The notes beneath the pieces are model-generated. The model was not told the DNA's origin, did no database searches, and saw only the letters and a list, made by a program, of their open reading frames with translations. A DNA stretch of 64,000 nucleotides from Fimbriosthenelais zetlandica. Taxonomy: Eukaryota. The position numbers and the translations under genes are program-made. The stretch lies in NCBI GenBank assembly GCA_977030845.1, contig OZ365119.1, positions 8,804,001-8,868,000 of the forward strand. Reading direction: 5' to 3'. Below, piece after piece: positions 13,001-26,548 of this stretch (its first letter is position 1; every line of letters starts with the position of its first letter).

Positions 13001-15740
13001 TGGTCTGTCTATGTAAGGATGGGCTGAGTCGGCCCTCTGCTGCCTCCCCCCACAATCACCAGGCCTAAAGCTATATTACAATGAACCCATTTACGACTAA
13101 ATCGCCAGGAGCTGAGTAAAAATCAATGAAATAAAAGGATCCTTTAAACTTGAATCTTATGTTCAGCAGGCACTATTCCATCAAAGCAAGGGAAATGAGG
13201 TCATACATGTTTCTTCGAGTTCGGGACTTGGTACACTATGTACTTTAGAGGACTGGAGGCAGCTAGTGGGGTGTTTGTGTTATTAGGGCTACATGAGAAC
13301 TAATACTGTGTAATGTGTAAGCAATGAAGGCCAATAAACATCAGTGTAAACATTGTTAGGCATATTATCACCCTGGCTTATGAGCTTATCCATCCTCCAT
13401 CTCCCCATCCAGATTTGCGGTCGTCCATCCAACAGCCCTGGATCTCATAAGGAGTTTATCTAAGGATGCTCTGATATTGGTTTCAGGGCCGACCCACAAA
13501 CCCAAATTAATATATATCGAGTGTCACACTCTTTCCAGCTTTCTGGCTGATTTCAGGCAAGAAAAACACCCTAATATGTGTGGTCCACATCATGTGCCTT
13601 CCTCGCACCTCATCGTCGTGCCTTGCCTTTGGTGTTACTTGGACATCAAGCAAGTGTGACACATGCATACATTATTGTCAGGCTTATCCTGTTGATATCA
13701 CTTTTGCAATTTGTAATGTTGAAAAGGAATGCCCAGCTTGGTCGCGCCACAATACAGGCACAGACTATGGATCACCCCCATAAGTTTCTGTCCACATTCC
13801 TGCCCAACCAGAAGGGAATTCAGCGGAAGATGCCATCCGCTGGTTCAGTGTGGAAGTTAGCTTCACCATTTCCTGGGTCTGACCAAGGTGGACGCGAGGC
13901 GGCTGAAGTGTGTCTATAAAGCTTAGCCATAATGTGGGGTCAGACAGCCATGTGCTTACACTGTAACAAACCGGTGGCTGGGTGGGCCTGGGTTTAAGCC
14001 TGATAACTGCCTGGTCTGTTTAAATGAGGGCTTGGCTGGGCTGCAGGCTAAGACTGAACACATTAATCAGTGCTTCAAAGAGAAGTAGTCGTCTATTCCT
14101 GGCCATGGCTAGCCTGCCAGGCCCTCTACTCTTTCTATATATGCGGCGGCCTCGAAGCACTGACGCAAAAAATAGCGGGTCATGAAAATTTTCCACTTTG
14201 TAGATGGATAGTGTCCCTTGGCTATGGAACAGAACTTGTGCTACAGACTTTCATCTGCATTTTACTAAGTAGTATGGGTTTACTGAGTAGTATGGGACTA
14301 ACTTTGTAACAGAGACTCGTTATTTTACTGAGTAGTCTCTGACAAACTGCAGTGGTACTAACAAGTGGTGCTAACCAATTTAACTGCAGGTTGGTCAGGA
14401 TATTGCCATGCAATACTTTTAACATCTTATTCACAAAGGGCCCAGCTCACTCCAACATGAACTACAGCAGAGAGAGCGCAACTTATTTTCTTCCTTGACT
14501 GACAATAGTCGGAATGGAAGCATGTTAATCCTTGGGGGCATTATGGTTACATTATGTTCCTACCTACATGTAACATTCCATTCACTCCGTGCTCAATCAT
14601 TTCCATGCCAGCAATTACAGCTCCACAAATCCATCAGACAACCCCCGAGGCTGAGGAAACATAATGCCAGGCGTGAGAGTTCAATGCCGCCCCATTTCAT
14701 CCATCCCTCTACGCCACATGTTGCGTGATTGTCTTCAAATACATCCAGGCCATTAAAAAAATCCCAAGGCAGCGTATGAATTTTTCAAGCACGCGTTGTT
14801 AAATTCACCAACGCAATTAACACATTACATTTCTTCAATAATGATGAGCAAGACATAGAATGATATCGAACTTAGCTATACAAGATACAATTCATTTCCT
14901 TGCAAGTGTTTAGTTTCATTTGACACCGCTTATTAGGGATTTGGAATGCCAAGTATATTCTCTCTAGGATATGTAGGGTTCTTATATTGTCATGTACTAG
15001 GTCTTGCAACTTCTTACTCTCTAAAGGATATATGTAAGGGAGTTTTTACATCACGGAACCAGCCTTTGGCATTAAGGTTCCAAGTACAGACTAGAGGCTC
15101 ATATATATGACACAAAATGTAAAATCGATGTCACATTTTTACTGATGGCAACAAGGATGATGGTAGTTATTTTTACTGCTGTGAAGGTGCAGTAACATTG
15201 ATGGAAGCATCATCATCATCGATTGATAAAAACTGGGCCACCTTGGCATCATCGTCATCATGCCATTAGATGGTTAGCCTGTATGGACTCACGGGTGTGG
15301 GGACCTAGCATGGAATATGGCAGGCTCATAATATGGAGTCAAATAGAATATCTCCTCAGATGAGATTCCACAAGGTGACCTCAGTTTATAACTCAGTGAC
15401 TCTAGCAGCACCTGGTGTCTGTTTCAGTGCAAACATTTCCATTGCATTGCTAATGGATGTTCTGAAACAGACCCTGGTCACCACAAAGCAGAAAGTCAAG
15501 ATTTTCTATGAAATCAGAACTGAGTAGGTGGCATTTCCTTACCCCAACTCTAGACTTTCTGGTTGGCTCTCGTGGCATGTCTAAAGCCTCATGTTCACTA
15601 ACCATTTTTTCTGCCATTAGATTGGGTTAGCATGTCCCTTGCCCATGTACAATGGGCATAATAAGTCCTGACAACAGTCGCTTAGTTAGGCTTATACACG
15701 GACAAAACTTATAACATTTTGAGACAAAATACTTTTCTCT

Positions 15741-15914
15741 ATAGTTTTAGTGACTAGCATAAGGATCGTGGAGCCTTAGCAAAGGAAAACGTCACAAGAA
15801 GTATAAGTTAGGAAGACAAATGATATGTTGGTTGCCTTAGCATATAGGAATACGTCACAAGAAGTATAAATTATGAAGACAAACGACATGTTGGTCATAG
15901 TTTTAACGACCAAC
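15741..15914. repeat. Diverged ~62-bp tandem repeat, about 2.5 copies
   Basis: gccttagca...acgtcacaagaagtataaRttaKgaagacaaaYgaYatgttggt starts at 15773 and again at 15834. Confidence 0.9.
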
Positions 15915-16487
15915 ATCACAACCATTGTGCGGTTGGTAATTCAGGCATAAAAAGCCACCCGCGGACTGTTTGCCTTGTAGATGGTGACTTGTAATTTTGT
16001 TGGGACTTTATTAATGGTTAGAGTAAAGCAGGGCTTGAGCTTAATGAGAACAAGCACCTCCTGGTAACCCTACTACATTCATCACCATCCTTATCAGCCC
16101 ACGGCGAGTTATGGTTCTCGCCACCAGAATCCGGCTAAGTTATTACGCTTGCCAGCAGGCTGGGTGGTCAACCCATGCGTTAGGCTGACAAATGAGACGA
16201 CACTACAGCCCTACCTATAGGCCTGCCAGGCTCAGGGTGCTCTAATATAAACCAATCTGATACCATAGTAAAGGCTACTTCGCTCATACCTTAAACTCCA
16301 GGGGGTTCATTTAATAGATGTTCACGATTGTTTCTGTAAATTGCTTTGCTGAGTGAAGGGATCACCATTGGTCGAGATGTTGAGAAGGAATGGATCAGTT
16401 TTAAAAGATTTCTCTTCAGGTCTGGGATAGACAAGGTTACTAATGATAGGTTGATAGAGATAGACTAAGTATACATTGAAGAGGGTT

Positions 16488-16537
16488 AGAGAGAGGGATA
16501 GATATAGAAAAGGAGAGGGAGTGATAGAGAGAGGGCC

Positions 16538-16626
<89 letters not shown>

Positions 16627-16672
16627 AGAGCTAATGCAGGGGTCCAATGCAATACACTGAGATAGAGGGATC

Positions 16673-16716
<44 letters not shown>

Positions 16717-16742
16717 GAGAGAGAGAGAGAGGGAAAGAGAAG
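16488..16742. repeat. (GA)n microsatellite with purine-rich flanks
   Basis: Near-pure GA runs at about 16539-16620 and 16675-16740. Confidence 0.97.
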
Positions 16743-19700
16743 GCAGGAGATGAAGTAATAGTTCATTTAGAGAGTGGCATGTAGCCCTCATAGCTTCATT
16801 ATCCTTCACTACAGACCCCTGGCTAGTCTGGCTATACCCACCGTTTATGATAGCATGGCTTGCCTTCCTAGCACCAAGGCTAACGACACTTTACGAGGCA
16901 ATATTTTGTGCCCGATAACACCTGCACCAAGCCCATATTGAAACACCTTCCTGTATCATTCCTTTCCTGCTATTCCTTTATGCATCTACAGCCACCTACA
17001 TGGTGCTTTCCAGAGGCATATACATGATTTTGGAAAGGACTGTCAGGGTTAAGATCTCTGAATGGGGTCAGGGCTGCCTTGTGCCCCTAATTCCTTGAGA
17101 GACGCAAACTTACGCAGGACCCACCCTTAGCTTTTCCTTTTCATTTTCAAAACTGTATCCACAAACATATAGCATACAGTTTGATAAGATCATGATAAAC
17201 CAAGGCTGAATTTCTACCCTTCTAGATGTTTCTGCTGACTAGGTTTAGGAAGTCTGGCTTAGATGACTTGGTCGATAGTCATTTGAACTCCCAACGTGTC
17301 GCCAAGTGAATGGCGGGCGGATTTGTAACATCTAGACAGTCTTCTAGCCTGTTAAACATGGCTGTACAGACACCCAGCCGGGTACTGTACCACCAACAGT
17401 GCTCACTATCAGTCCCCAGAACCTTCACCCAAAAAAACACCTTCCTCCACCAGCACCATAAAGATGTAATGGTCTAAAAGAAGCTGAAATATTGGCCTGG
17501 CGAGCCTTCCAAACCTCCCCACAGACCATTACGCCTTTGAAGATGTAAATTTAGAGCTATAAACTGCAAGTGGGTAGCAGGCGGAGGAGCAGGACCGGGC
17601 ATAAAGGAGCTCTAGGCCTTGGTGTGTAGAATGTATGGCAGGTCTTGGGTGCAGTACAATAATCACGCAGATAATCAAGACCCGTAATCTGAAACCAAAC
17701 TTTTTACGTGATAATATTTCTAAGGTTACGAGGACCAGGTGGTGATTAGCTTTCTGCTGGAGTTCTCCTCTAGTCTTTAGTACGACCATGATATGCAGAT
17801 AATCAAGGCTTTAAGAAAGGATGCTGATTTCTGATGCTTGCATAGTGTGGAATCTATTCAAATGAAAAGTGAGTCTTGTAAGAACTTTATAGGAGCTATG
17901 GAAGAGGGAATAAAGACAATTAAAATGATTTAAACATGGCTGAGCCAATAGGTAAAGGTAATTGTGTAATTCCGGGACCACCCGGCCTCATGCAGCTCTT
18001 CATTCTGATGCTGTGCCTCACTTAGCAGTAAAAGAGTCCCATAAAATGGAATTAGAGGGAATCTGTATCGTAACATCTGCTATTAAGCGAGCGTTTCATT
18101 GTATATATTCATCTAGACTTTCATGTGCCTTGATTTTATTCAAATGATTTTGGTTAGACAGTCGAAAAAGTGAGGGGCGTGTACTCGGGTTTTCAGGATC
18201 AAGGGAAGAGTTAAGAATGACATGATGGGAGTGAGTGATGGAGGAATTTCGCGGGAGCAAGATTTATGTTCGATCGGGGGAACACTTTAAGGGCTGGAAC
18301 AGGTGTTGTGTAAAGGTTCGCGGCACCTCAGGGTTCGCTAACGATCCCCTTACTGCTTATTATCTTTGCTGGGTTGCCTTTTATGGCCAATTCCTCCTTG
18401 GACCATTTTCTTTATATTTAAGGGTTTATTACTCATCGTGTAGTGCACAAAGGATGAATGGCAGGAGATAATACAGGGAATAGTGTGTGTGTGTTCTCGC
18501 AAACAAATGGTGCAGAAAATCAATATGGGTTCTGGTTTGAACATGAGGCCCTCATCAAACTAGCACTGATTTTATGAGTCATATAAAATCAAGTTTCGTT
18601 TATTCACAGACTAAATTTTGATTCTATAACTACCTTCGTTGTATTATAAAGGGAAATGTTAAGTGTAACAACATTGTAAAAGCTGCTTCAGTATTGGAGA
18701 CACATATGACCTTTAAATGGTTGTTACTTTATATGCGTTGCACATTCAATTTGCATGATATCTAACGAGGAAACAGATTTACGTCTTCAATTCGAGGAGA
18801 TGTAAAAAAGAAAGAAACCAGAAGCAGCAAAAATCATCAAATTACCAGAAACTCACTAATGCTGATTTATTGCAAGCACAGCGTAGCAAAATAGGCCATA
18901 AACCTTCAAGGTTTTATGGCCAAATCCATGAATCCTCTCTTCCGCGATATTCAAACCCAGTTTCACTCAAGGTACTTTATTGGACATTGAGTTCCGTTTC
19001 ACAATGGTCTGGGACCATGGAGGTGTAATTATTACATATAAAATAGCACTAGGACTGGGTGATTTCTGCATACCATGACCCCGTAAAATGCTCATCTGGT
19101 TTCAATGCTGGCTGCCTTATTGCATTTGGGTCCCAACTCAATCTCGTTACATTAACTTTGATTAAAGCCCTGAAATTGATGGCCTACCAAACTTGATCCG
19201 TGAGAGTCAATTTTATTGAGGTATAAATCAAGATTACTCTGATGAAAATGGCGGTTTATCGCTAATTTTAAACTTGTCCAATGCAGGTGATCCTTTGATA
19301 GACCTGCCTTCATGGAACATAATCCTTGAAAACTGAACAAAACTTGATTTTGAAACATCAAATCGTTGTTTCCTTTATTGAGACCAAGGAGAGTAAAATA
19401 AAGCTATCGTTGTTGAGACGTAAGGCCATAGGGGTCATCGCACCTCCAGACACGGTCATGACCTGAGGCGCCATCATATCAACGCGCGGCCATCACAGGT
19501 ACCAAATGTGACCAAGACTGCCGCAAGTATAGCCCATGACAACGAGTTTATTTGATGCCGACATTTCTACTGCTTCTTTCATGGAGCGGTTGGGATGTAA
19601 ACAATTCTATTGTGTGCCTGTCGCTGGCACAGCCACATCCGGGGAAGCCACTTACATTCTACATCACTTGTTTTATAGTTATATCCGGTGTCACTTACCA

Positions 19701-22700
19701 GGGTCAGATACTTGTGTTTATACCAAGGAAACTCTACCCAGCCTGCTGCCAGCGACTCTTTATATACTACTCTCTCATCTTTTGTTTGTGGCAGATCTAT
19801 TGCATTCCAAACGCAGCAGCAGCGGGTCCTGTTTTTCATTTTTGGTTGGATCGAAAACTTTTGATCATAGTTTCACAACCAAAGAGGAAGTATGACCACA
19901 AGAGTTGCAGCTGGGTTTGAGATTCTGATTTGGTTTACTCTATCTCTAGAAACTTGATTATATTATAACAAGAAGAACTTGAGTTTTCCATAATAATGAG
20001 TAACCTGAGGAGTATTACCAGTCTTTTACTATACTTGACCCTTTGTAGGTCAAATGTGGTGAGCTCATTCTCCGAGGTCAAATACTCACAATCAAGAGAG
20101 GAGAAATGCAAAGCAAAGCACCCTTGATGTAAGCCGTTCTGACAGCTTTCAAATCAGACCGCAAAGCTTTTCAATTTCTCAGCCCATAATGCTGCAAGAT
20201 AATCATGAACTTGACCTTGTGGGAAGGACCTTCCCGCCGGACTAAGTCTGGTCCTGCGTCTATCCATCAGAGTGGAGAAATATGGGGTCAGGCAGACACA
20301 CAGACATGTTGGTCGACTGAAGGAGCGTTGCCTTTCATCAGGTCAATGTTACCACTATTGGTAACGTCACTTTAATAAAGCAACATTTGTCCTCTGTCAA
20401 TACTTTATTACTTCCGGGTCAGATTGATCGTGAGGCCGGGGTCGTATTTGGATGATGAACTATTTAGCCCTTATTCTAAGTAAAGAGGAGAGCTCCTTGA
20501 CGATATATCAACTTGTTTGAACGTTAAAGCTTCTCTGGGAAGCTTTAATGGGATGTGTTTTAAACGCTGCCACAATTCATATCCCAGATATGGCATTTTT
20601 ATACATCAATATACTGAATAAATATAACGACGGTACATAAACAAGTTAATGTCCTGCAGCGCTTTATCTCCACTCATGTCCGAGCTATAAGAATATTTAT
20701 GTGGGAGCCAACAGACAGTTGGTAGACGTTTAGAGAGATGGTAAACAAGAGAAGATAGGATGCTGCGAGCCTGGGGCTGGGCCCGGCTCACCTCTTTTGA
20801 GGCCTCAGTGTTAAAAAGGAATGGAAAACCTTCTCTTAATTATCACCCCAAGGAGGTCTATGGGGACCTCTCATGCACATAGCACAAAAGATGGGATTGT
20901 TATGTCTTTCTTCTCTCTCTCCCCGGCCGCTTGAAACGCAGACCTCGCATCAGATGTGTCTCCTTCAATAGAAAAGTTCCAGCGGGCAGAAGATCTTTTG
21001 TAGTCATTGTCTACAAGTTCTTTTATATATAAATTGAAATATGGGGCAAATGAGGGAATGAGGCTGCAGTGTATTAATTGGCTAGAAGAGCCCAAAGTTC
21101 AGAGCTGGTGAGCCCTAGCCAGTACCCAGGCTTAGACTAAAGTCTTGTAGACTATCAGTGGACTTTGCTTACCCTCACCAACTCGTATAATAGAAATAAG
21201 TCTCGCAAGGGTTGTGTGAGCTTTTTTCTTAACTGTTGCTGATCAAATTTTTGTTAATGGCCTGGCAATTGCAAGGATAATCAACATTTGTCATATAAAA
21301 TGCACTGCACCTTCATTGCAGTCAGATGGATGTATGTATAGGAGGTACTGTGTTTTGCAGGCCTTTTAGCACCGTAGAGCTTTACCTCTATGTGCTCACC
21401 ATGTGTTAATGATTAGCAGGAAAGTGCCTTTCATAGTCTTTCTCCATTAGCATGCTTTCCCTATAAAGTCCTGCCCATAGACCTACAAGCAAGAACATAA
21501 GTCTGGGGCGCGATCCGGAAAAAATACACGAATTGCACTGAATGTTGTAGCAACCATATACGAGACATAGAATTAGCAATCGTTTCCTTCCATGACTTTT
21601 GTGTCTCGAGTCAACCAAATTTATGCCGGGCCTTGGAGGGTAATTGTAATATATATGCTCAGAGTTGGTGGGCCAGTCCATCGTGCCACAACATTATTAA
21701 GATACACACCCTTGGAGAAAGCTGGCTAATAGTCGATTAATCAGGCAAATATGAATACATAGCAGTCCTGATTTATCTCTAAGGCCAGTCTCCCGCTTCT
21801 ACTCCGCTATTTGTTATTGGAGAGACTGGCCCATAATCTGCCCACTACCCCACGCCCCACTGAATACCGTCTATAGTCAGCGGACGGAGAACTATATGGC
21901 CATTGACTTAGCACCATATAAAGTATACCAATGGTTTGAGATCATCATCCTTCTACGCTAGAAGCTAAAGCTGAGAGCGCTCATTCAAAGTTATTTAATG
22001 GATGCATATCAAGTGACGATTACCTTAACGGTGTAAGGAGAACAGGCACCGATATACTATCAACACCTCTCGGCAGCCAAGAGATGGTCTGATAGTTGAA
22101 GATTGATTGATCTCAGATTGCCTGAATCCAAGATTGGAATTATGTTCAGTATAGTGAAACAAGGCCATAAAAGAGGACTCAAATGTTAGGAAAACAGACA
22201 TGAAGAATGCCACCCTACAACCATGTTTGTTCAATTGATCGCCTGGCGCCTCCCATTGGATATTTACTCTAGTCCAAGCTAGCACTGAAGAGGCTTATTT
22301 CACAAATTATTGTAAGCAGCAGAGCCAGGCTTTTTAAACCAGAGCAGGGACATTGTCATGGTGGCATGTACTGGTGTCCTTGGGGGCGAAAAAATGTCCT
22401 TGAATTAGGTGTGTGCGTCGTGGGGTGGGGTGGGGGGTTGTTGGCTTTGCCCATGAGCAATTGACTTGTGCTGGCTGTATAGTTTGCCAGCACTTTTTGA
22501 GTTTGAGGTATGTAGTGTACAAGTACAGCTATTTCATTGTAGTACAATGATGGGTCAGGGGGAAAAATGATCACCCACAGAGAATGCTCAGAACATTATA
22601 TTCTCTCCTAGTATCCCCTGGTATTCCCCAAATCCATCCCACCAAAACACAACTGTTGTATTGCATGGGTAGCAAATGGCATTTTAATGGCAACAACTTT

Positions 22701-24527
22701 GTCCTGATGTAATTTAGCAAATGCCTTGTCTCAAAGAGTCTCAGGAAGGGAGCGACATAACTACATAACTATTGTCAATATCCTTCATAACCGATATATG
22801 TTAATTCCTCAATAGTTGGATTCCGGGGGAAGACCTCACAAACAATCAGGGGAATGACAGTTAACAGCCCACAGCCTGCAAAACTCCCCTCATTGGAGAC
22901 GTTACCATGGTTACTGGGAGGGAGCAGGGGACATTTTTAACTGATCATTGAAATGATGCTGCCTCCAGCTAAGTTTTGATTGGTTGATGTCGCAATTGCG
23001 CGTGAGAGCGTCAAACTCGACGATTCCCACTGTTAAATAAAAGGTGGAGAACATTAAACAGGAATCAATTTGACTGGATGGAGCACATTAGAAAAGCTTC
23101 ATATAGGAGAGAGAGAAGCTCTGAGGGACACGTACACATCTTGGCTCTAGTGTTGTCGCTACTAATTAAGTTAGCTCACAGGGGGATAAAATACAACTAG
23201 CAGGAAGATGCCTCTCATGCTCACTTCCGTGTTTTTCTCCACACTCTTAAATCCTTGAAAAGGATTTAATAATATATGAGGTCTCTTTACATTATCCAGA
23301 ATCTCCTGGAACTGAATACCTTTTAAATATTGTCTATTTATCTCTATTGGTGGCAATGGAGAGATAATTATAAGACCTATATTCATCAGAGAGTGCCACA
23401 GTGTGAGTGACATCACTGATCCCCAGACCTACAGATGCTTCCTTGAAATAACTTGGTAGATATCAATTCACCAAATGTGTTTCAGGATAAGTAATTCAAG
23501 TATTCTTTGTTTATAAAACCTTACAAGATACTTGAAGTGACGTAACAACACCTTTCATAAGCATCATATCATATAACATTATGGGTTAGCCACCCACTGA
23601 TTTAAACAGCTGCCGATTTAAATTTCAGCCAAATTTCACCTGTCATATTACATATTGATTTCAACTAGGAATAAAAGGTTGATACTGAAATGCGAACGTG
23701 ACACGTTAGAAATATTTTCACCCAGAGCTCAATCTCATGCTACTTTTATCCGTAAAAAAATCAGCTTCCTGATAGCCGTGTCCCTGTTGGACACTTTCTA
23801 TTCAGGATATCAACACAGTAAATCTCACATTTTTCTGCCTGGCGCCTGTTCGGCCTTCGTTTTCCATGGCGACATGACGTCATAGTATTCATTGGTAGGA
23901 TTGGTTTATCAGGCCAGGCTGCGATCTACGACGAGATCGATCCAGCAGGAATTGGAAGAAAAAAGTCCCAAATCAGAATATTTGGTTCCAATAAAGTCTG
24001 GATTTTTGTTAACTAAAAGTTGAGTTTTCCATGGGCGGGTCTTACTGGAGACCATCCAAAGGTGGGGTCTACAGGCCTTAAGCGATGTTTGCTCAACGTA
24101 TGAACACACTATACACTTCATAAAGCCAGACATGGAACCAGACATAGATCTTTATAAGGGAGAAGATGAGCAATATACACTGACAGAGCTCTCAAAATAC
24201 AAAATCAATTTCTGGGGGAGAGCCAATCACACATGCCATCAGCCTTCTATAGCTATCATCATATTTTGCTTCCAATCCAAGGCCCGGCTATTACTGAGCG
24301 ACTCCATCCACCATGTTTATATTGGCTCATTCCCAATCTATTTACTCCATCAGTAAACCTACACTCTTATATAGTATACAACCCCGACCACTTTCTCATG
24401 GACTCTCATGGCATATATGCTTCTGAATAGCAAATATTTCGGGGTCTCATGCAAGCATATTGCTGAGAAGCCTGTCTGCACTCTACTGCACAACATCGAT
24501 TTGCAGTGAATAGTCCTTGGTTCTTAC

Positions 24528-24536
24528 CCTTCATAC
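24528..24536 (-). CDS. Candidate 9-nt frame-preserving microexon (GTATGAAGG)
   Basis: The minus strand reads tgcacttaaatcatttcttcaaattCAG|GTATGAAGG|GTAAGA, with a branch-like CTTAA, an acceptor and a strong donor. Spliced after the phase-2 exon it reads R-Y-E-G with no stop. Confidence 0.3.
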
Positions 24537-25299
24537 CTGAATTTGAAGAAATGATTTAAGTGCATTTCTTTGTTCATATTAAGTATAATTCATGGGATAA
24601 ACATTGGGAAAAAGAATGTAACCAGTCGTGTATATCAGGCTGTATCGATGTGCGGTATTATCCATGTATCGCACTACATTACTGGAAGCTTTAAGCAGAA
24701 AGTTGATATCATCTTTCTCTTTTTTCCTCTGGGGCTTCTATCTATATATAGAGATGTATATCACTACATGCACCTACCCACCTATAAATGTAATAAAACA
24801 GGCAATAAAGTCTACACGTATAACATGGGTGGTGGTGAATACACTTAATGGGGCGTTATTTAGTCTGTATCTATGCTGACAGCCATCTATTGCCTTGTGA
24901 TAATATTTGCCGGGTGTCTTCCTAGATAGTAATTCTGTATATGATTTGGGAGAATGATTCATTCCTCTGTGCCAATATTACTCAGGGGTGTGGCAGAGAA
25001 ATGCCCACGTAATTTGCTTCTACAATGACCATATAGTATTGTACAATAACTTATAATATGGGTTACGATTTATAAGTTGGAGACAAAAATGAACTGGGTT
25101 AATGTGCTCGAGTTTTCCATCTTTCCATTAACTTCTGAATTCATTCATTGATCTAATGCAGGAAATGAAGAATAGATATTGATATTTGCTGTGCTAGTGT
25201 TTAGAGAGAATGTAGGTTAATATGTGCTACAATCTCTGCCCCGTTCTACTCAATACCGAGGACGCCATGACATATTTAAGCTAAACATCCTTCCCCAAA

Positions 25300-25650
25300 C
25301 ACCCACCCACACACCGCCCGTCTCCTCTAATGGACTTCCCACCTTTTCCGCAAAGAACCGATGACATCTACTCCCCCGATCAGCCAATCAGATGCTCTGA
25401 AACATGCTCCAAGTTGACCTAACCAATCAGAGCTCGTGTAACAGCTGGTGTCGGATATTTGCCAGCCTTGACCTGAATGATAAGGTCGGGATTTGGAAGC
25501 GAGGCTGGCCGGAAGTTGATGTCACACAGGATTAAACAAATGTCACGAGAGTCATCTGCCCTGGCGGAAGTTTGACTTCATTAGAAATAGCCGGCGAGAT
25601 TTAGCAATATCCGTCAAACAGAGCACCAGAGCTTGAACGGAAACTTCCAT
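25300..25650. promoter_or_regulatory. CpG-richer promoter/enhancer-like element (2 CCAAT boxes, 2 ETS sites)
   Basis: agccaatca (25382), aaccaatcag (25421), ccggaagt (25509), gcggaagt (25564) and a GC-box-like caccgccc (about 25313). Confidence 0.4.
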
Positions 25651-26388
25651 AGCGAGTGGATATTAGGCTGTTTTTGTGTGAAGTTATTAATACAGCCTCG
25701 ACAAAAAAAAGATATATGTAGCGCCAAACTAATCTATTGATTTGATATACAGCTTCAAAAATAAAGCGCACCTTTTACACGGGGCATTTAGTGGAATCTG
25801 CTGTGCTCAAGAATGCTTTTTTCCAGCACTCAGCCTCAGGGCAACTTCACATCAAAGGCCCGCACAGGGTGATAATTTGCTTTCTTATAGCCACCAGCTA
25901 GTGGGGGAGAGAGAGGAGATGAAGTCAGTCTACTTTCTTTTGATGTTAGGCCAGAGTTAAGAGCTTCCATTAGATCTAATTACAGTTCTGATCTCTGCGC
26001 TTTTGCTGACTTAATTAATGTTGTAGATTTCCATACTGCTGCCAACTTTAGTTCCTACCCTCAAGCTCTTGTAAAATGCTGAGCTAGTGTTAGTAAAACT
26101 TGAGAATTGTGCTGGCTGACCTCCAAGCATGCTGAAAAGTGTAACCTAATTCCAGGTCTTGGCAAACACTAACGCGTATCTGCACCAGTAAAAGAGATGC
26201 ACAGAAGAACAGTGACTGGATCTGTATCCATCCACAGTATGCCTTTTTAAGAGGAACAGAGAGTATTGACCCCTTTGAGATGGGTTAACTGGCCACAGAA
26301 GTGACAGTTTGTGAGGTCACATTGGCATAAGAGTTGGCACTGGCAAACTTGTCATCCACAAGAAAAATATTATTTATTAAGTACATAC

Positions 26389-26548
26389 CTTCCCACAACA
26401 TCGACGATCTCTGACGCGTCTGGGTTGAACCAGCGGATATCAGGCATGTCATTACCAGGGAATTCTATGAGGCTGCACGTAAAGATTACTCCCGAGTTCA
26501 CCGTCTTCACCTGCTCCCCGCGCGGCGTTATCATCAACCGCTGTGCTT
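26389..26548 (-). CDS. Internal coding exon, N-terminal half of the first Ig-like domain of an NCAM/Fasciclin-2-like cell adhesion molecule
   Basis: The minus strand reads gtttgttttgtatttttacAG|AA GCA CAG ... GGA AG|GTATGT, with a strong acceptor and donor, 160 bp, phase 1 in and phase 2 out. It translates as (E)AQRLMITPRGEQVKTVNSGVIFTCSLIEFPGNDMPDIRWFNPDASEIVDVVG(R). This contains the Ig B-strand Cys (IFTC) and C-strand Trp (IRWFNP) at NCAM/Fas2 Ig1-like spacing. Splitting an Ig domain over two exons is typical of NCAM genes. Exon status is more certain than the family assignment, which is from recall rather than a database search. Confidence 0.82.

Larger units (their letters stand above)
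1..26388 (-). other. Probable long downstream intron of the NCAM/Fas2-like gene
   Basis: The next exon should carry the Ig F-strand motif DxGxYxC. No minus-strand segment with that motif behind an acceptor was found between 1 and 26388. Confidence 0.6.

Noticed and set aside
8742-15025. Other tiny exon candidates: CTGGGG (about 8742-8747), ACAGG (12738-12742), AGA (about 15018-15020)
   Set aside because: Donors or acceptors are weak, or the lengths shift the frame. They are not distinguishable from background by eye.
21881-21900. miR-184-like word ggacggagaact
   Set aside because: Only a 12-nt match, with no complementary precursor arm.
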